This document shows positions 28,850 through 39,936 of a stretch of DNA of 64,000 nt, one piece after another (the first letter of the stretch is position 1; each line of letters begins with the position of its first letter). The translations under genes were made by a program, and so were the position numbers. This stretch comes from a virus (lineage: Duplodnaviria; Caudoviricetes). The notes beneath the pieces are model-generated. The model was not told where the DNA came from, did not search any database, and saw only the letters and a program-made list of their open reading frames with translations. The stretch is taken from IMG/VR virus record IMGVR_UViG_3300028280_000187. One strand, written 5' to 3'.

Positions 28850-29800
28850 ATGCCACAAAGTTACTACTTAGGAGGAAAGATACGAGCATCCGATTATAAC
28901 GGTTTCGCAGATGATATAAACGAAATTGTTGGAATTGGTGCGGTCGACTCGGGTTATGGTCAAAATCAACTCGTTATCCCTCACGTAGCTAGTGGTACAA
29001 AAATTAACGCTTCTCACATGCAGTTACTCCTAACTGCTCTTAAGTTTGCAGGAAGGCATCAGGGAACTAGTATAGCTTCACCAGAAGATACTAGTGACCC
29101 TGCTTTCCCAACTGCAGGCAAAATTATTGAAATAATCCCAGATTTATTATCAGACATTACAAATGTTCGTGCTAATAAACTAAATTTTGATATCGCACAA
29201 ATGACCGCAGAGTCTAATAAAATTTCATCATCTAAGACATATGATGTTCCAGGTGCTGGTGCAATCCACACTTGGAATTCAAATATATTTTATGAAGTAT
29301 CTGCAATTTTTGCCAACGCAGATGACCGAAGACATTTCTTCAACGCAGGCGGAGATTTAAGACTAGATACTTCATTAGCAAATTATGACGTTTCCCATAA
29401 GCAAAGTACTGACTGGGCCACAATGTTTACAAACATTGGAAATGTCAAACTATCACACAACGTTACAGAATCTTCTGGTGGTGTAGGAACACCAGCTGGT
29501 GGATTTACATCATTAACATCAGCATATTCTAAAATATATGAAAAATCAGGTGGCGATGGTAGCAGTGGTTATTATACAAATAACAAATTCGAAGTACATG
29601 CTAGATTAAATGGCACAAATGCAATAGATATTAAAGTAGAATTCTATGATGCATATGCAACAAGTCAATATAATTTGACTGATTATGTCGCCGGTACATT
29701 ATCAGTACAAGTAGATTTGCTACGTGCAGATGACCAAGATGCATCTGGACTTGGCGTACAACTATCCTCTCCGACTTTTTCACACATTTCTGAACTTTAA
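28850..29800 (+). CDS. Virion structural protein (fibre-like), paralog of 27909
   Basis: I.ASDYN, GYGQ, RHFFNAGG.LR motifs. Confidence 0.6.
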   Translation: MPQSYYLGGKIRASDYNGFADDINEIVGIGAVDSGYGQNQLVIPHVASGTKINASHMQLLLTALKFAGRHQGTSIASPEDTSDPAFPTAGKIIEIIPDLLSDITNVRANKLNFDIAQMTAESNKISSSKTYDVPGAGAIHTWNSNIFYEVSAIFANADDRRHFFNAGGDLRLDTSLANYDVSHKQSTDWATMFTNIGNVKLSHNVTESSGGVGTPAGGFTSLTSAYSKIYEKSGGDGSSGYYTNNKFEVHARLNGTNAIDIKVEFYDAYATSQYNLTDYVAGTLSVQVDLLRADDQDASGLGVQLSSPTFSHISEL

Positions 29801-29803
29801 GGC

Positions 29804-29832
29804 TTGACAAACAGTCTGTTTTCTTGTATTAT
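29804..29832 (+). promoter_or_regulatory. sigma70 promoter at the start of the glycan cluster
   Basis: TTGACA (29804-29809), 17 bp spacer, TATTAT with TG immediately upstream. Confidence 0.7.
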
Positions 29833-29856
29833 ATAAAGAATACAAGGAGTATAACC

Positions 29857-30240
29857 ATGTCAAATAAAGAAACTATTACGCCTTCAAGTGAACAACTTGA
29901 ACGGCTAGAAAGAGCATTAGAGTTTTCGAACACTATGCAGACTTTCAACCTTAATAAAAACAACTTAAAAGTTAAAACACAGAATTTATTGAACTATAGT
30001 AGTTCTGGTGGTACATTTAAAGTATCACAAGAATTGATTAATTTTATTAATATGATTGTTGTGTCTGGAAAAGATGAAGTAATTCTCTTAGACAAAAACG
30101 ACATTCCAATTAAAATTGAAGATACTAAGAAATTTTTAGAAGATATTTCTAGTTTGTATTTCGAAGTCATTAATGAATATTATAATGATTATCAGAAACT
30201 ACGTAGTTCACGTAAGATTGAGAAGGTCTTGGAAATCTAA
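29857..30240 (+). CDS. Hypothetical protein
   Basis: AAGGAG SD before ATG 29857; coupled to the next gene. Confidence 0.75.
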   Translation: MSNKETITPSSEQLERLERALEFSNTMQTFNLNKNNLKVKTQNLLNYSSSGGTFKVSQELINFINMIVVSGKDEVILLDKNDIPIKIEDTKKFLEDISSLYFEVINEYYNDYQKLRSSRKIEKVLEI

Positions 30241-31109
30241 TGAGCAAAGGCATTATAATCTTTGCGACAAATAATGGTTTACTAGATTACATAAAAATTG
30301 CATGTACATGTGCAGGATATGTAAGAAAAAATCTATCGGGGTTTGACGAAATAGCCCTAGTTACAAACAATGAATCATTGTTAGACAACGAAGAACTAGT
30401 AAACAAATATTTTGATAGAACTATTATTTCCGCATCAACACAAGATAGTAATATAAGGTTATTCAAAGATACTGCACAACAATCGCAGTATGCACCTTTC
30501 GTCAATATGTCACGTAGTGATGTATATGACCTATCACCTTACGAAGAAAGTTTGGTAATAGATTGTGATTACTTTGTAATGAGTGACACTCTTGACCAAG
30601 TATGGGGTAGTGAAAACGACTTCATGATTAATTGTCAATATAGGGACGTAGCTGGTAGACATGGCGGCAACGTTTCCTATATTGACGATTTCTCCATACC
30701 GATGTATTGGGCAACAGTCTTTTACTTTAGAAAATCCGAATACACTGAAAACTTATTCACTTTAGTTAGTCATATAAAAGAAAACTATAAGTACTATTAC
30801 TATTTGTATAATTGTTCTGGTACACTGTTTAGAAATGATTTTGCGTTCTCAATGGCTGTTCATATTTTAAATGGACAAGTAGCATGCCAAACACCTTCAT
30901 TGCCTATTGATTATCTAAACAACAGTTTTGATTTAGATGATATTTTTAGAGTAAACAGTGCAAATGATATTATAATGTATTGCGCCAAACCCGAAAAAAC
31001 AACTGAGCATATATTAGCTAGATTTACTAACACAGATATACATATTATGAACAAGTCTGCGATACAACGCAACATAGATGTGTTATTGGCGCAAGGAGAT
31101 ACGCTATGA
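30240..31109 (+). CDS. GT-A fold glycosyltransferase (GT8-like)
   Basis: Y.LSPYEESLVIDCD (DxD), WATVFYF, RNDFAF; paralog of the next gene. Confidence 0.7.
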   Translation: MSKGIIIFATNNGLLDYIKIACTCAGYVRKNLSGFDEIALVTNNESLLDNEELVNKYFDRTIISASTQDSNIRLFKDTAQQSQYAPFVNMSRSDVYDLSPYEESLVIDCDYFVMSDTLDQVWGSENDFMINCQYRDVAGRHGGNVSYIDDFSIPMYWATVFYFRKSEYTENLFTLVSHIKENYKYYYYLYNCSGTLFRNDFAFSMAVHILNGQVACQTPSLPIDYLNNSFDLDDIFRVNSANDIIMYCAKPEKTTEHILARFTNTDIHIMNKSAIQRNIDVLLAQGDTL

Positions 31110-31963
31110 GTAGAGGATATATTTGTATAGCACAGAATAGTAAGTATGATTATCTTAATCAGGCTTATGCTTTAGCGTTGTCGCTTAAAGCTACACAACA
31201 AGAGAATGCAATCTGTGTATGCGTAGATGCTTTAACAAAAACACAAATAACTGGTAAACACAAAGAAGTGTTTGACCATATAGTAGATATCCCTTGGCAC
31301 GATGATGCTGGTGCAGATGAATGGAAGATCCATAATAAATGGAAGTATCCACACATGACACCGTTCAAAGAAACTATTATTTTAGATACTGATGTGTTGT
31401 TTACACACCCAGTAGACCATTGGTGGGATCATCTATCTAAAAAAGATGTATGGGCATGTACACATGTCAAAACATTTAGAAACGAACAAGTAGTTGATGA
31501 CTACTATCGTAAAAAATTTACACAATTAGGTTTACCTAATGTGTATAGCAACATGACTTATTTTAAAGAATCAGATACAACTTTTGAATTGTTTAAAATG
31601 ATTGAATTGATTATGGTTCATTGGAACGTATACTATGATAAATTTCTTAAAGGTACTGGACAAGATTGGATGAGTGCAGACTTAGCCTATGCTCTTGCTA
31701 TTCGTTTATTAGATTTAGAAGAAGAAGTAATAGACAATGATATCAAAGATGTGCCTACGTTTACGCACATGAAAAGCTATATTCAAAACATTCCTAATAA
31801 CAAGATATCAGGTGTTTGGACAGAAAGTATCCCAAGCAGTTTATCAAGTGATTTAAAAATTCGTGTAGCAAATTATGAACAGTCACTTCCTTTTCACTAT
31901 GTTGAAAAGAAATGGCTTACAGAAGAAAAAATTAATATGTATGAAAAGGCACTAGATATATGA
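31106..31963 (+). CDS. GT-A fold glycosyltransferase (GT8-like)
   Basis: TPFKETIILDTD (DxD), FTHMK, PFHYVEK. Confidence 0.7.
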   Translation: MSRGYICIAQNSKYDYLNQAYALALSLKATQQENAICVCVDALTKTQITGKHKEVFDHIVDIPWHDDAGADEWKIHNKWKYPHMTPFKETIILDTDVLFTHPVDHWWDHLSKKDVWACTHVKTFRNEQVVDDYYRKKFTQLGLPNVYSNMTYFKESDTTFELFKMIELIMVHWNVYYDKFLKGTGQDWMSADLAYALAIRLLDLEEEVIDNDIKDVPTFTHMKSYIQNIPNNKISGVWTESIPSSLSSDLKIRVANYEQSLPFHYVEKKWLTEEKINMYEKALDI

Positions 31964-32547
31964 AAATATTAAGCACCGGGTTCACACATGAGACTAAAGA
32001 TGCAAGAGCGGTTAACTTCAATGAGCATGGTGACATTGTTAGTATAACATCTATGAGTATAGAAGATGATGTACTAAAATGTGCTTGGTTCTCTATGGAA
32101 TCTATAAAACCATTTCTTATGGGAAATTATAAGTTCTCTGATTACAAAGTAGTCAAAACAGATGATATATTTGTTTATGAGATTATAAAATCCAAAGTAG
32201 ATATTAAACAACGCAATAAAGATTCTCAACTACACAAATTGAATAATGAGAAGTATTGTGAAATATCTGTAACATGGGACGGAACCGAATTATGTTTTAC
32301 TCCTAGCAAAGAATTAGTGAAGAATGCAAACGTTGATGAACATCAAAATGTCACGTTGGCAGGAAAAACTCATCACCCATTTTTCATAACATATGAAAAT
32401 AGACCAGATTTTATTATACAAACTATCTCTATTCCGTTCGCAAAACTATTGAGTTCTGAGACTAGAGTTAAATTCGAATATAATAAATACAATATAAGTT
32501 TATATACCCAGAAATATCTGGAAACATATTCATTCAGGAGAACATGA
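31960..32547 (+). CDS. Hypothetical protein
   Basis: 195 aa ORF with overlapping start/stop on both sides. Confidence 0.75.
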   Translation: MKILSTGFTHETKDARAVNFNEHGDIVSITSMSIEDDVLKCAWFSMESIKPFLMGNYKFSDYKVVKTDDIFVYEIIKSKVDIKQRNKDSQLHKLNNEKYCEISVTWDGTELCFTPSKELVKNANVDEHQNVTLAGKTHHPFFITYENRPDFIIQTISIPFAKLLSSETRVKFEYNKYNISLYTQKYLETYSFRRT

Positions 32548-33524
32548 TGAGCAAACTAGAAATCGGCGAGTTAGATGTATTCTATCTAAGTTACGATGAG
32601 CCTAATAAAGAAGAACATTGGGCAGATATTATAAGTAAATTTCCATTTGCAAAGCGAGTAGACGGCGTAAAAGGATTCGACAATGCACATAAAGAATGTG
32701 CAAGACAAAGTGATACAGAAAGATTTATTACTATTGATGGTGATAATATCGTAGATGAAAAATTCTTTGATATGGAATTAACATTTCCAGAAGATACTGA
32801 TTTGGCAAACTCTGTTATCTCATGGTCAGCGAAGAACGTTGTTAACGGTCTAGTATACGGCAATGGTGGTATCAAATGCTGGCCAGTACAGCTTGTATTA
32901 GATATGAAAACCCATGAAAATGCAGTAGATGAAACAAAGAAAGTAGATTTTTGTTGGGACTTAAATTATATTCAGATGAATAACATTTATTCTACAGTAC
33001 ATAATGCAGGGTCTCCATTTCAAGCCTTTCGTGCAGGTTACCGTGAAGGTTCTAAAATGTCACTTGATGAGGGAAAGAAAGTACCAGTAGAAGACTTTAA
33101 GAAGTGTATCTGGCCTAAGAACTATGAACGTCTAATTACATGGATGAATATTGGTGCAAATGTAGAGAACGGACTATGGGCATGTTATGGTGCAAGACTA
33201 GGATGTTACGATACAAATCTTAACCCTGATTTTGTTTTAGAAAATATTTCTAGTTATGATTGGTTTAAAGAGTACTTTGATAATACTGTATTCCCTAAGT
33301 TTGAAGGCGGAGATATGAAATGCGAAAAGACAAAATTAGAATGGGACTATGAAAAATTATTTGATGAATGCTTAGTAATAGGTGATATTCTAGTAGATAA
33401 AATTGGTATGGAACTTTGTGATCCAACACCAGAGGTAGCAACATTCTTCAAACGTGTATATACGAATCCACCAAGAGTTAACAACCCATTAGCAACAGAA
33501 AAACAAACTGGCTGGGACAAATAA
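32544..33524 (+). CDS. Putative GT-A glycosyltransferase
   Basis: SYDEPN, RVDGVKG..AH, FITIDGDN (DxD), NGLVYGNGG, AFRAGYREG. Confidence 0.6.
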   Translation: MMSKLEIGELDVFYLSYDEPNKEEHWADIISKFPFAKRVDGVKGFDNAHKECARQSDTERFITIDGDNIVDEKFFDMELTFPEDTDLANSVISWSAKNVVNGLVYGNGGIKCWPVQLVLDMKTHENAVDETKKVDFCWDLNYIQMNNIYSTVHNAGSPFQAFRAGYREGSKMSLDEGKKVPVEDFKKCIWPKNYERLITWMNIGANVENGLWACYGARLGCYDTNLNPDFVLENISSYDWFKEYFDNTVFPKFEGGDMKCEKTKLEWDYEKLFDECLVIGDILVDKIGMELCDPTPEVATFFKRVYTNPPRVNNPLATEKQTGWDK

Positions 33525-33530
33525 TATATA

Positions 33531-35099
33531 ATGTCAAATTATGATGATGATGCACAGATAACGAAAGAAAAATTAAATTCTCTTTCACCGTCTATGTGTA
33601 TGGCTAAGTGGTTGCAAGTTAGTTTGCATCTGCCCCAAGGTCGCACACACAGTTGCTATCATCCACCTACACACCCTATTCCGTTAGAAGAACTTAAGAA
33701 AGATGTTAATGCATTACACAACACTACATTCAAATTAGAAGAAAGAAAGCAAATGAAATGCGGCACCCGTCCTGAAGGTTGTCAGTATTGCTGGAATGTA
33801 GAAGATGCGCCTGACGCCCAACAAGGCGGAAGACTTAGTGACAGACATTATCGTTCAAGTGAGTGGTGGGTTAAAGATGCATGGGACGAAGTCGTAAACA
33901 ATGACTTTGACCACAACATTACTCCTAGATATGTTGAGGTGAACTTTAATCAGGCTTGTAATTTCAAGTGTAGTTATTGTTCGCCTCATCTAAGTACAGC
34001 ATGGGAAGATGATATCAAAGAACATGGCGGCTTTCGTTTTTCAAATGGAACTGGTCATAATGATATCGATTACCTGCGTAAAACAGGTCTCATGCCATTA
34101 GAAGTAGCACGTAAGGACAATCCTTATATTGAAGCATTTTGGGAATGGTTTCCACAGATATACAGAGATTTGAAAGTATTTCGTATGACAGGCGGAGAGC
34201 CTCTTATGGATAATAATACATTCAAAGTATTTGACTATGTTAATGAAAACCCTAATCCTTTTCTTGACCTAAGTATTACATCGAATATGTGTCCACCAAG
34301 TCCTAAGTTGATGGATAAGTTTATTGAAAAAATACAAGCATTAGAAAAAATTCGTGTATGGGAAGACCCAGAACGTTTTAATCCTGATAGTGGCAATCAC
34401 TGGTATGTTGCACCAGCATGTAAACACTTTAGTTTATATGTGAGCGTAGATGGTGTAGGACCTCAAGCAGAATATATGCGTGACGGATTAGACTTTGATA
34501 CACTATATCAAAATTGTCGTAGAGTCTTAAGTGAAACAGATGGAACAGAAATTTCATTCATCAATACATTTCAATTATTGAGCATCCCAAATTTACGTGG
34601 GTTTTTGCAAATGATATTAGATTTACGTGAAGAATTTGGATATGAGAACCAAGAAGATAAAATTATTCAACCACCAGACCATGATGGGTTTAAGCACCCA
34701 GAGTTTGTACGTAAAAAACGCCAGCGTGTATGGTTTGACATTCCCTATCTGCGTTATCCTGATTGGATGACTATTCAATTAGCAGACCAAGAAATGCTGG
34801 ATGTAATTCAATCTAACATTGACTTTATGAAAGAAAATGTACTACCGAATGATTTATATGGTCGCAAGTATACAGGCTTTAAGAACTATGAAGTATTAAA
34901 ACTTGAACGAGATTTAGCATGGGCCAAAGAAGGACTAAATATGAGTGATGATGAATTAAGTAATAACTTAATTCGTTTTTATGAATACTTTACAGAGTAT
35001 GACAGACGTAGAGGATTAAACTTTTTAGAAACCTTTCCAGAAATGACAGCGTTTTGGAATGAAGCAAAAGAAGAAGCAGAGGAAAAATATGGGTCGTAA
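33531..35099 (+). CDS. Radical SAM protein with N-terminal Twitch/SPASM-like domain (type A1)
   Basis: CNFKCSYC, TGGEP; N-terminal CMAKW, SCYH, CQYCW. Confidence 0.9.
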   Translation: MSNYDDDAQITKEKLNSLSPSMCMAKWLQVSLHLPQGRTHSCYHPPTHPIPLEELKKDVNALHNTTFKLEERKQMKCGTRPEGCQYCWNVEDAPDAQQGGRLSDRHYRSSEWWVKDAWDEVVNNDFDHNITPRYVEVNFNQACNFKCSYCSPHLSTAWEDDIKEHGGFRFSNGTGHNDIDYLRKTGLMPLEVARKDNPYIEAFWEWFPQIYRDLKVFRMTGGEPLMDNNTFKVFDYVNENPNPFLDLSITSNMCPPSPKLMDKFIEKIQALEKIRVWEDPERFNPDSGNHWYVAPACKHFSLYVSVDGVGPQAEYMRDGLDFDTLYQNCRRVLSETDGTEISFINTFQLLSIPNLRGFLQMILDLREEFGYENQEDKIIQPPDHDGFKHPEFVRKKRQRVWFDIPYLRYPDWMTIQLADQEMLDVIQSNIDFMKENVLPNDLYGRKYTGFKNYEVLKLERDLAWAKEGLNMSDDELSNNLIRFYEYFTEYDRRRGLNFLETFPEMTAFWNEAKEEAEEKYGS

Positions 35100-36636
35100 A
35101 CATTGGGAGGGAGAAACCCTTCATCAATACAAAGAGCGTATGATTGATAGCAAGAGCGAAAGCTACTGTGCTTCTAAATGGTATAACGCTACTATCTGGT
35201 TAGGACATGGGCAGACTGCAAGTTGTCATCACCCACCAGGGCATTGGATCCCACTTGAAGAAATTAAAGATAATCCTTCAGCAATTCATAATACAAAGCA
35301 TAAGAAACTTATGCGTAAACATATGCAAGAAGGCAAAAGACCTGCTGAATGTGAATACTGTTGGAAAGTTGAAGACATGGGCAAGGATCATATATCTGAC
35401 CGTGTATTCAAAACTGAAATCTTTAAAGACGAAGATATTGACAAGAGTATGGAAATGCCATGGGATGATAACGTAAACTTGCGTACACTTGAAATCTCAT
35501 TTGATAGAGCATGTAATCTAAAATGTTCATATTGTAATCCTGCTTTCAGTACCGCATGGGTTAAAGATATCAATACATATGGTGGATATCAAAATATACA
35601 ATCTGATGGCAGAGGACACTTTGTTGATACTGCACCTTGGGCGGCTCCCAAGACAAAGAAAGAAGAAGACAACCCATACATACAAGCATTTCATAAATGG
35701 TGGGAGAGTGACTTAGCAGATTGTTTAGAAGAAATTCGTATCACTGGTGGTGAACCCATCATGCATAGAGGTACATGGAAATTGTTTGATTGGTTTGAAC
35801 AGAATCCAGATAGAGGACGTAATATGCGTTTTGCTATCAACTCTAACTTGTCTCCGGAGAAACCAAAAGTATTAGACAGATTAATTGAAAAGTCTTGGCA
35901 TGTCCCCAACTTTGAGATATACACTTCAATGGAAGCAACCAAAGACCAAGCAGAATATATACGTGATGGATTAGATTATGACTTATGGAAGAATAATATA
36001 CATCGTGTATTAAAAGAATCAAACGTAGCAAAACTACATATGATGATGACTATTAATTCACTGTGTCTTGTTACTATCACAAATTTTATGGATGAAATGT
36101 TAGACCTACGTGAAGAATATGGACAACGTGCTCCTACTATGACGCTAAACATTTTGCGTTTCCCTTCTTTTCAAAGTGCGGCAATACTTCCTGAGGATGT
36201 AAAGACATTTTATAAAGACAAACTAGAAGCATGGTTCAACACAGAAAGACCACAAGAAAAATTATCAGAAGGTGAAAAAGCAAGTATACAAAGATTGATT
36301 GACTATCTTGATATTGTTAAAACACCACATAAGAATACAGCAGAAACTCCGAAGCTATATAATGATTTTAAAGCATTCTTTTCTCAGTTTGATGTGCGAA
36401 GAGGACATAATTTCAGGGAAACATTCAAAGGACCTATTGCAGATTGGTACGAAACTTTAGAAGCAGAAGCACCAAGTAGAGAACAGATTTTGAATAAAGA
36501 ATTAGTATTTAAAAATAGCGACAGAGCAGGTGACCCAGCCACTACAAAAGACTATGAAGGAGGTGACGATGCTCACGAAAAAGTTGGTGGTTGGGACACT
36601 GAAAATGATGCACTAGGAGGAGTCAAAGTTGAATGA
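35089..36636 (+). CDS. Radical SAM protein with N-terminal Twitch/SPASM-like domain (type A2)
   Basis: CNLKCSYC, TGGEP; N-terminal CASKW, SCHH, CEYCW; AGAGG SD before ATG 35089. Confidence 0.9.
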   Translation: MGRKHWEGETLHQYKERMIDSKSESYCASKWYNATIWLGHGQTASCHHPPGHWIPLEEIKDNPSAIHNTKHKKLMRKHMQEGKRPAECEYCWKVEDMGKDHISDRVFKTEIFKDEDIDKSMEMPWDDNVNLRTLEISFDRACNLKCSYCNPAFSTAWVKDINTYGGYQNIQSDGRGHFVDTAPWAAPKTKKEEDNPYIQAFHKWWESDLADCLEEIRITGGEPIMHRGTWKLFDWFEQNPDRGRNMRFAINSNLSPEKPKVLDRLIEKSWHVPNFEIYTSMEATKDQAEYIRDGLDYDLWKNNIHRVLKESNVAKLHMMMTINSLCLVTITNFMDEMLDLREEYGQRAPTMTLNILRFPSFQSAAILPEDVKTFYKDKLEAWFNTERPQEKLSEGEKASIQRLIDYLDIVKTPHKNTAETPKLYNDFKAFFSQFDVRRGHNFRETFKGPIADWYETLEAEAPSREQILNKELVFKNSDRAGDPATTKDYEGGDDAHEKVGGWDTENDALGGVKVE

Positions 36637-37376
36637 AACGGCATATGATAATGTTCAATGCAAGAAGTGGAAGTACGGTAGTTGGCAATCATGTAGCGGC
36701 TAACTTATGCACTCCTGCATTTGACTTTAATGCACACGGATTGCCGTCAACTGAAATTCATGATTGTGAATATGACTGGTATTTTGATATGATTTCAGAA
36801 ATCAATAACAAATATCCAGGAATAGAATGGTGTATGAAATGGAACATTATGTGCGGACATATCGATTCTATGACCAAGTTAAACGAAAAAGTAAATCCAG
36901 AAGTTATATGGTATTTTAATTTTGATAAAGTACATCATTTCTTTAAAAGCCTAGGGGTTACTGATTTACATTTCACATTCAGACATGATATAATAGATAC
37001 AATATGTAGCTTCCTTATTGCAGAAGAAACAGGCAACTGGGTTATAGGTAAACGTAAAAAAGCAAAATACGATAAAATAACTTTTACACCCGAACAAATA
37101 TCGGCATGTATTGATTCATATGATTTAGCATACCAAGTGTATTCTCGGTCTGTAATAGAAATGATGGACAAGTACGATTGTCATTTTTATCCATATGAAG
37201 ATTTAGAAAATATCATCGACCTTGATAATGACCCACATGGGTTGATTAAGCAACTCAGTAAAGAAGATAAAAAACATATCATCACTAATTACGAAGAAGT
37301 AGAGAGAAGTATCAAGGAATCGAGAATATGGAAGTGTCAGTATGATAAACAGACTGGAGTGTATTCCTTTGATTAG
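36633..37376 (+). CDS. Sulfotransferase-like protein (Stf0-like)
   Basis: ARSGST 5'-PSB P-loop, FR...D...S..IA..TG.W, YEDL, I.NYEEV. Confidence 0.65.
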   Translation: MKRHMIMFNARSGSTVVGNHVAANLCTPAFDFNAHGLPSTEIHDCEYDWYFDMISEINNKYPGIEWCMKWNIMCGHIDSMTKLNEKVNPEVIWYFNFDKVHHFFKSLGVTDLHFTFRHDIIDTICSFLIAEETGNWVIGKRKKAKYDKITFTPEQISACIDSYDLAYQVYSRSVIEMMDKYDCHFYPYEDLENIIDLDNDPHGLIKQLSKEDKKHIITNYEEVERSIKESRIWKCQYDKQTGVYSFD

Positions 37377-38544
37377 TTACAATACAATATATGACCTTCA
37401 ACTAGAAGTAAGCAGTTTGTGTAACGCTAGATGTATTATGTGTAGTCGTAGAGAACAAGGTGGCGAAAAGAACCCAACATTTGTAGAAACATATTTAACA
37501 CTGCAAAATATAAAAGATTGGTTTCCAATTGATTTACTTAAGCAAGTAAAGATAATCGGAATGTGCGGAAACTTTGGCGATGCTATGACTAATCCAGAAC
37601 TTATAGATATAGTCAAGTATATCATATCAGTTAATCCAGATATCAAATTTACTATGAACACAAATGGCAGTGGCAGAGACGATAACTTCTGGCGTGAACT
37701 AGGTGAACTATTTAAAGGTAGGGGACAAGTTACTTTTAGTGTCGATGGATTAGAAGATACAAATTGGATATATAGACGAGGAACTCACTGGGATAAAATT
37801 ATATCTTCAATGAAGGCATATGTTTCAACTGGTGCAGATTCGTCTTGGGATTTTTTAGTGTTCAAACATAATCAACATCAAATAGAAGAAGCAAGAGAAC
37901 TATCAAAAAAGATAGGAATAACTAGCTTTTATCAAAAGAAAGCATTTGGATTTTATGATGGCGATGATAATGCAATGAATGTATATCGTAGTGATGGCAA
38001 ATTCGAATATACTATTATGGCACCAGATGAAGATTTACAAGGAACAAACAGAGACCCAAAAAGAGATACACAGAATTTAGGTAAGAATTGGTTATCAGGT
38101 AAGAAAAAAACTTCTACAGGATTTGTAGAAGATATAAAAAAACAATTAGAAAATGTAGAGAGTACTACAAAGACATTACATTGGAGTTTTAAAAATTATA
38201 CCAAGCCGAATGAATTAAGTCTCACTGATAGAAAACTTAGCGAATTAAAAATAAATTGCCAAGCATCTGAATCAAACAGTGTGTTCGTAGACCACAACGG
38301 TATAGTTGTTCCATGCTGTTGGATAGGTGCATTCTATCCCGGAGACGGCGGCGATATCTCACAACCAATAAAAGAATTTTTAGAAAAAGACGGCATAGAT
38401 AAAATATCATTAAAACATAATTCACTTGAGAATATTATAAATGGTGAAATGTTTTCAACCAGTTGGATTGAAAGTTTCAATGACTATGATATAAGAAATA
38501 AAAGATTGAAAGCCTGTTCAATATTTTGCGGAGTAAATGAATGA
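37369..38544 (+). CDS. Radical SAM protein with C-terminal SPASM/Twitch domain (type B1)
   Basis: CNARCIMC, CGNFGDAM, FSVDGLEDTN, VFKHNQHQ, C..PCC..CSIFCG; probable TTG start after GGAG. Confidence 0.9.
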   Translation: MISYNTIYDLQLEVSSLCNARCIMCSRREQGGEKNPTFVETYLTLQNIKDWFPIDLLKQVKIIGMCGNFGDAMTNPELIDIVKYIISVNPDIKFTMNTNGSGRDDNFWRELGELFKGRGQVTFSVDGLEDTNWIYRRGTHWDKIISSMKAYVSTGADSSWDFLVFKHNQHQIEEARELSKKIGITSFYQKKAFGFYDGDDNAMNVYRSDGKFEYTIMAPDEDLQGTNRDPKRDTQNLGKNWLSGKKKTSTGFVEDIKKQLENVESTTKTLHWSFKNYTKPNELSLTDRKLSELKINCQASESNSVFVDHNGIVVPCCWIGAFYPGDGGDISQPIKEFLEKDGIDKISLKHNSLENIINGEMFSTSWIESFNDYDIRNKRLKACSIFCGVNE

Positions 38545-39935
38545 AAACTATACCAATTTGGAAAAGTGACGGAAGTTGTGCAGAAGAAAGTAAGAACAAA
38601 ACTTTCTGCATGGCTCCATGGTCGCATACATACATATCTCCACAAGGTGAACGTAGACTATGCTGTGCGTCACGTGAAGAACATTCATTTCAAAAGCAAT
38701 ACATCGATGCATCAAATGATGAACGCTATGGTAAAGTAACTGATTCTAAAACTGATGCTGATGATTTTAATCCAGTATCACTAGAAGAACACTGGAACTC
38801 TCCTTATATGAAAGACATTAGAAAGAAACTAATGGCAGGAGAACGTATTCCACAATGTGATGTTTGCAATGATGACATTCTAAGTTTATCATCTTATCGT
38901 AAATGGTTTACTGGTGTACTATTCAGAGACAAGATACAAGAAGCATTTGATAAGACAGACGATGACGGGCATACAACAATGCCTGCTATATCATTTGACT
39001 ATCGTTACTCTAACTTGTGTAACTTTAAATGTCGCATGTGTGGTGAACAGTTATCAAGTTCGTGGGAAGCAGAAAAGAAAAAACATGACATGTGGTCGAT
39101 TGAGCATCAACCATTTATGCAACCTACAGTAAAACAAAAGATGGTTAAGTTTCAGCGTACAGTCGTTGAACCAGAATTTAAGAAAGCAATTAGTGATGGC
39201 ATCGTAGAAGAAATATATTGGGTAGGCGGCGAGCCACTTATGTATGATATACATTGGTGGGCATTAAAAGAAATGGTCGCTAATGGTTCTGCAAAGAATT
39301 GCCACTTAAGATATAACTCTAATTTATCTCGTACAACATTTAAAGGTATGGAGTTGTTTGATTATCTACCTCAGTTTAAAGACTGGTTAATGTGTGCAAG
39401 TATCGATGGTACAGGTGATATCGTAGAGTTCATTCGTAAAGGTATTGTATGGGACGAGTGGTTAGCTAACTTTAAGAAAGGACTAGCGGCACCAGGTGGT
39501 AAGGACAAGATGTTATTTGACTTGACTATTACTGGTCCGGGTATGTTTAGTATCAAAGATTTATTTGATTTGAGTTTGGAATTAGATGTAAGAATAGAAA
39601 CAAAGATTATGTTTGCCTTTCATGCTGATATCGTGTTTAGTCCTTTTGCATGGCCTAAGCATATACTACATAGACATTTAGATGAGTTACTTGCGTACAT
39701 AGAACCAAAAGCAACACACAAGCAATTAACATTAGTAAATACATTAAAGGGTATGAAGGATAGAGAAACATTTGAAGAACAATGGCCTGATACTCATGAA
39801 GAACAATTTTTTAATGGCAGAAATTATCAAGAACAACTTGATAGAATTAGACAAGAACAACACAGACTAGAAGATATATACAAAGCAGATCCCGAACTAT
39901 ATGATTGGTGGACCAGACAAAAGAAAGAAAAATGA
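38541..39935 (+). CDS. Radical SAM protein with N-terminal Twitch-like domain (type A3)
   Basis: CNFKCRMC, GGEP; FCMAPW, LCC, CDVC. Confidence 0.9.
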   Translation: MKTIPIWKSDGSCAEESKNKTFCMAPWSHTYISPQGERRLCCASREEHSFQKQYIDASNDERYGKVTDSKTDADDFNPVSLEEHWNSPYMKDIRKKLMAGERIPQCDVCNDDILSLSSYRKWFTGVLFRDKIQEAFDKTDDDGHTTMPAISFDYRYSNLCNFKCRMCGEQLSSSWEAEKKKHDMWSIEHQPFMQPTVKQKMVKFQRTVVEPEFKKAISDGIVEEIYWVGGEPLMYDIHWWALKEMVANGSAKNCHLRYNSNLSRTTFKGMELFDYLPQFKDWLMCASIDGTGDIVEFIRKGIVWDEWLANFKKGLAAPGGKDKMLFDLTITGPGMFSIKDLFDLSLELDVRIETKIMFAFHADIVFSPFAWPKHILHRHLDELLAYIEPKATHKQLTLVNTLKGMKDRETFEEQWPDTHEEQFFNGRNYQEQLDRIRQEQHRLEDIYKADPELYDWWTRQKKEK

Positions 39936-39936
39936 C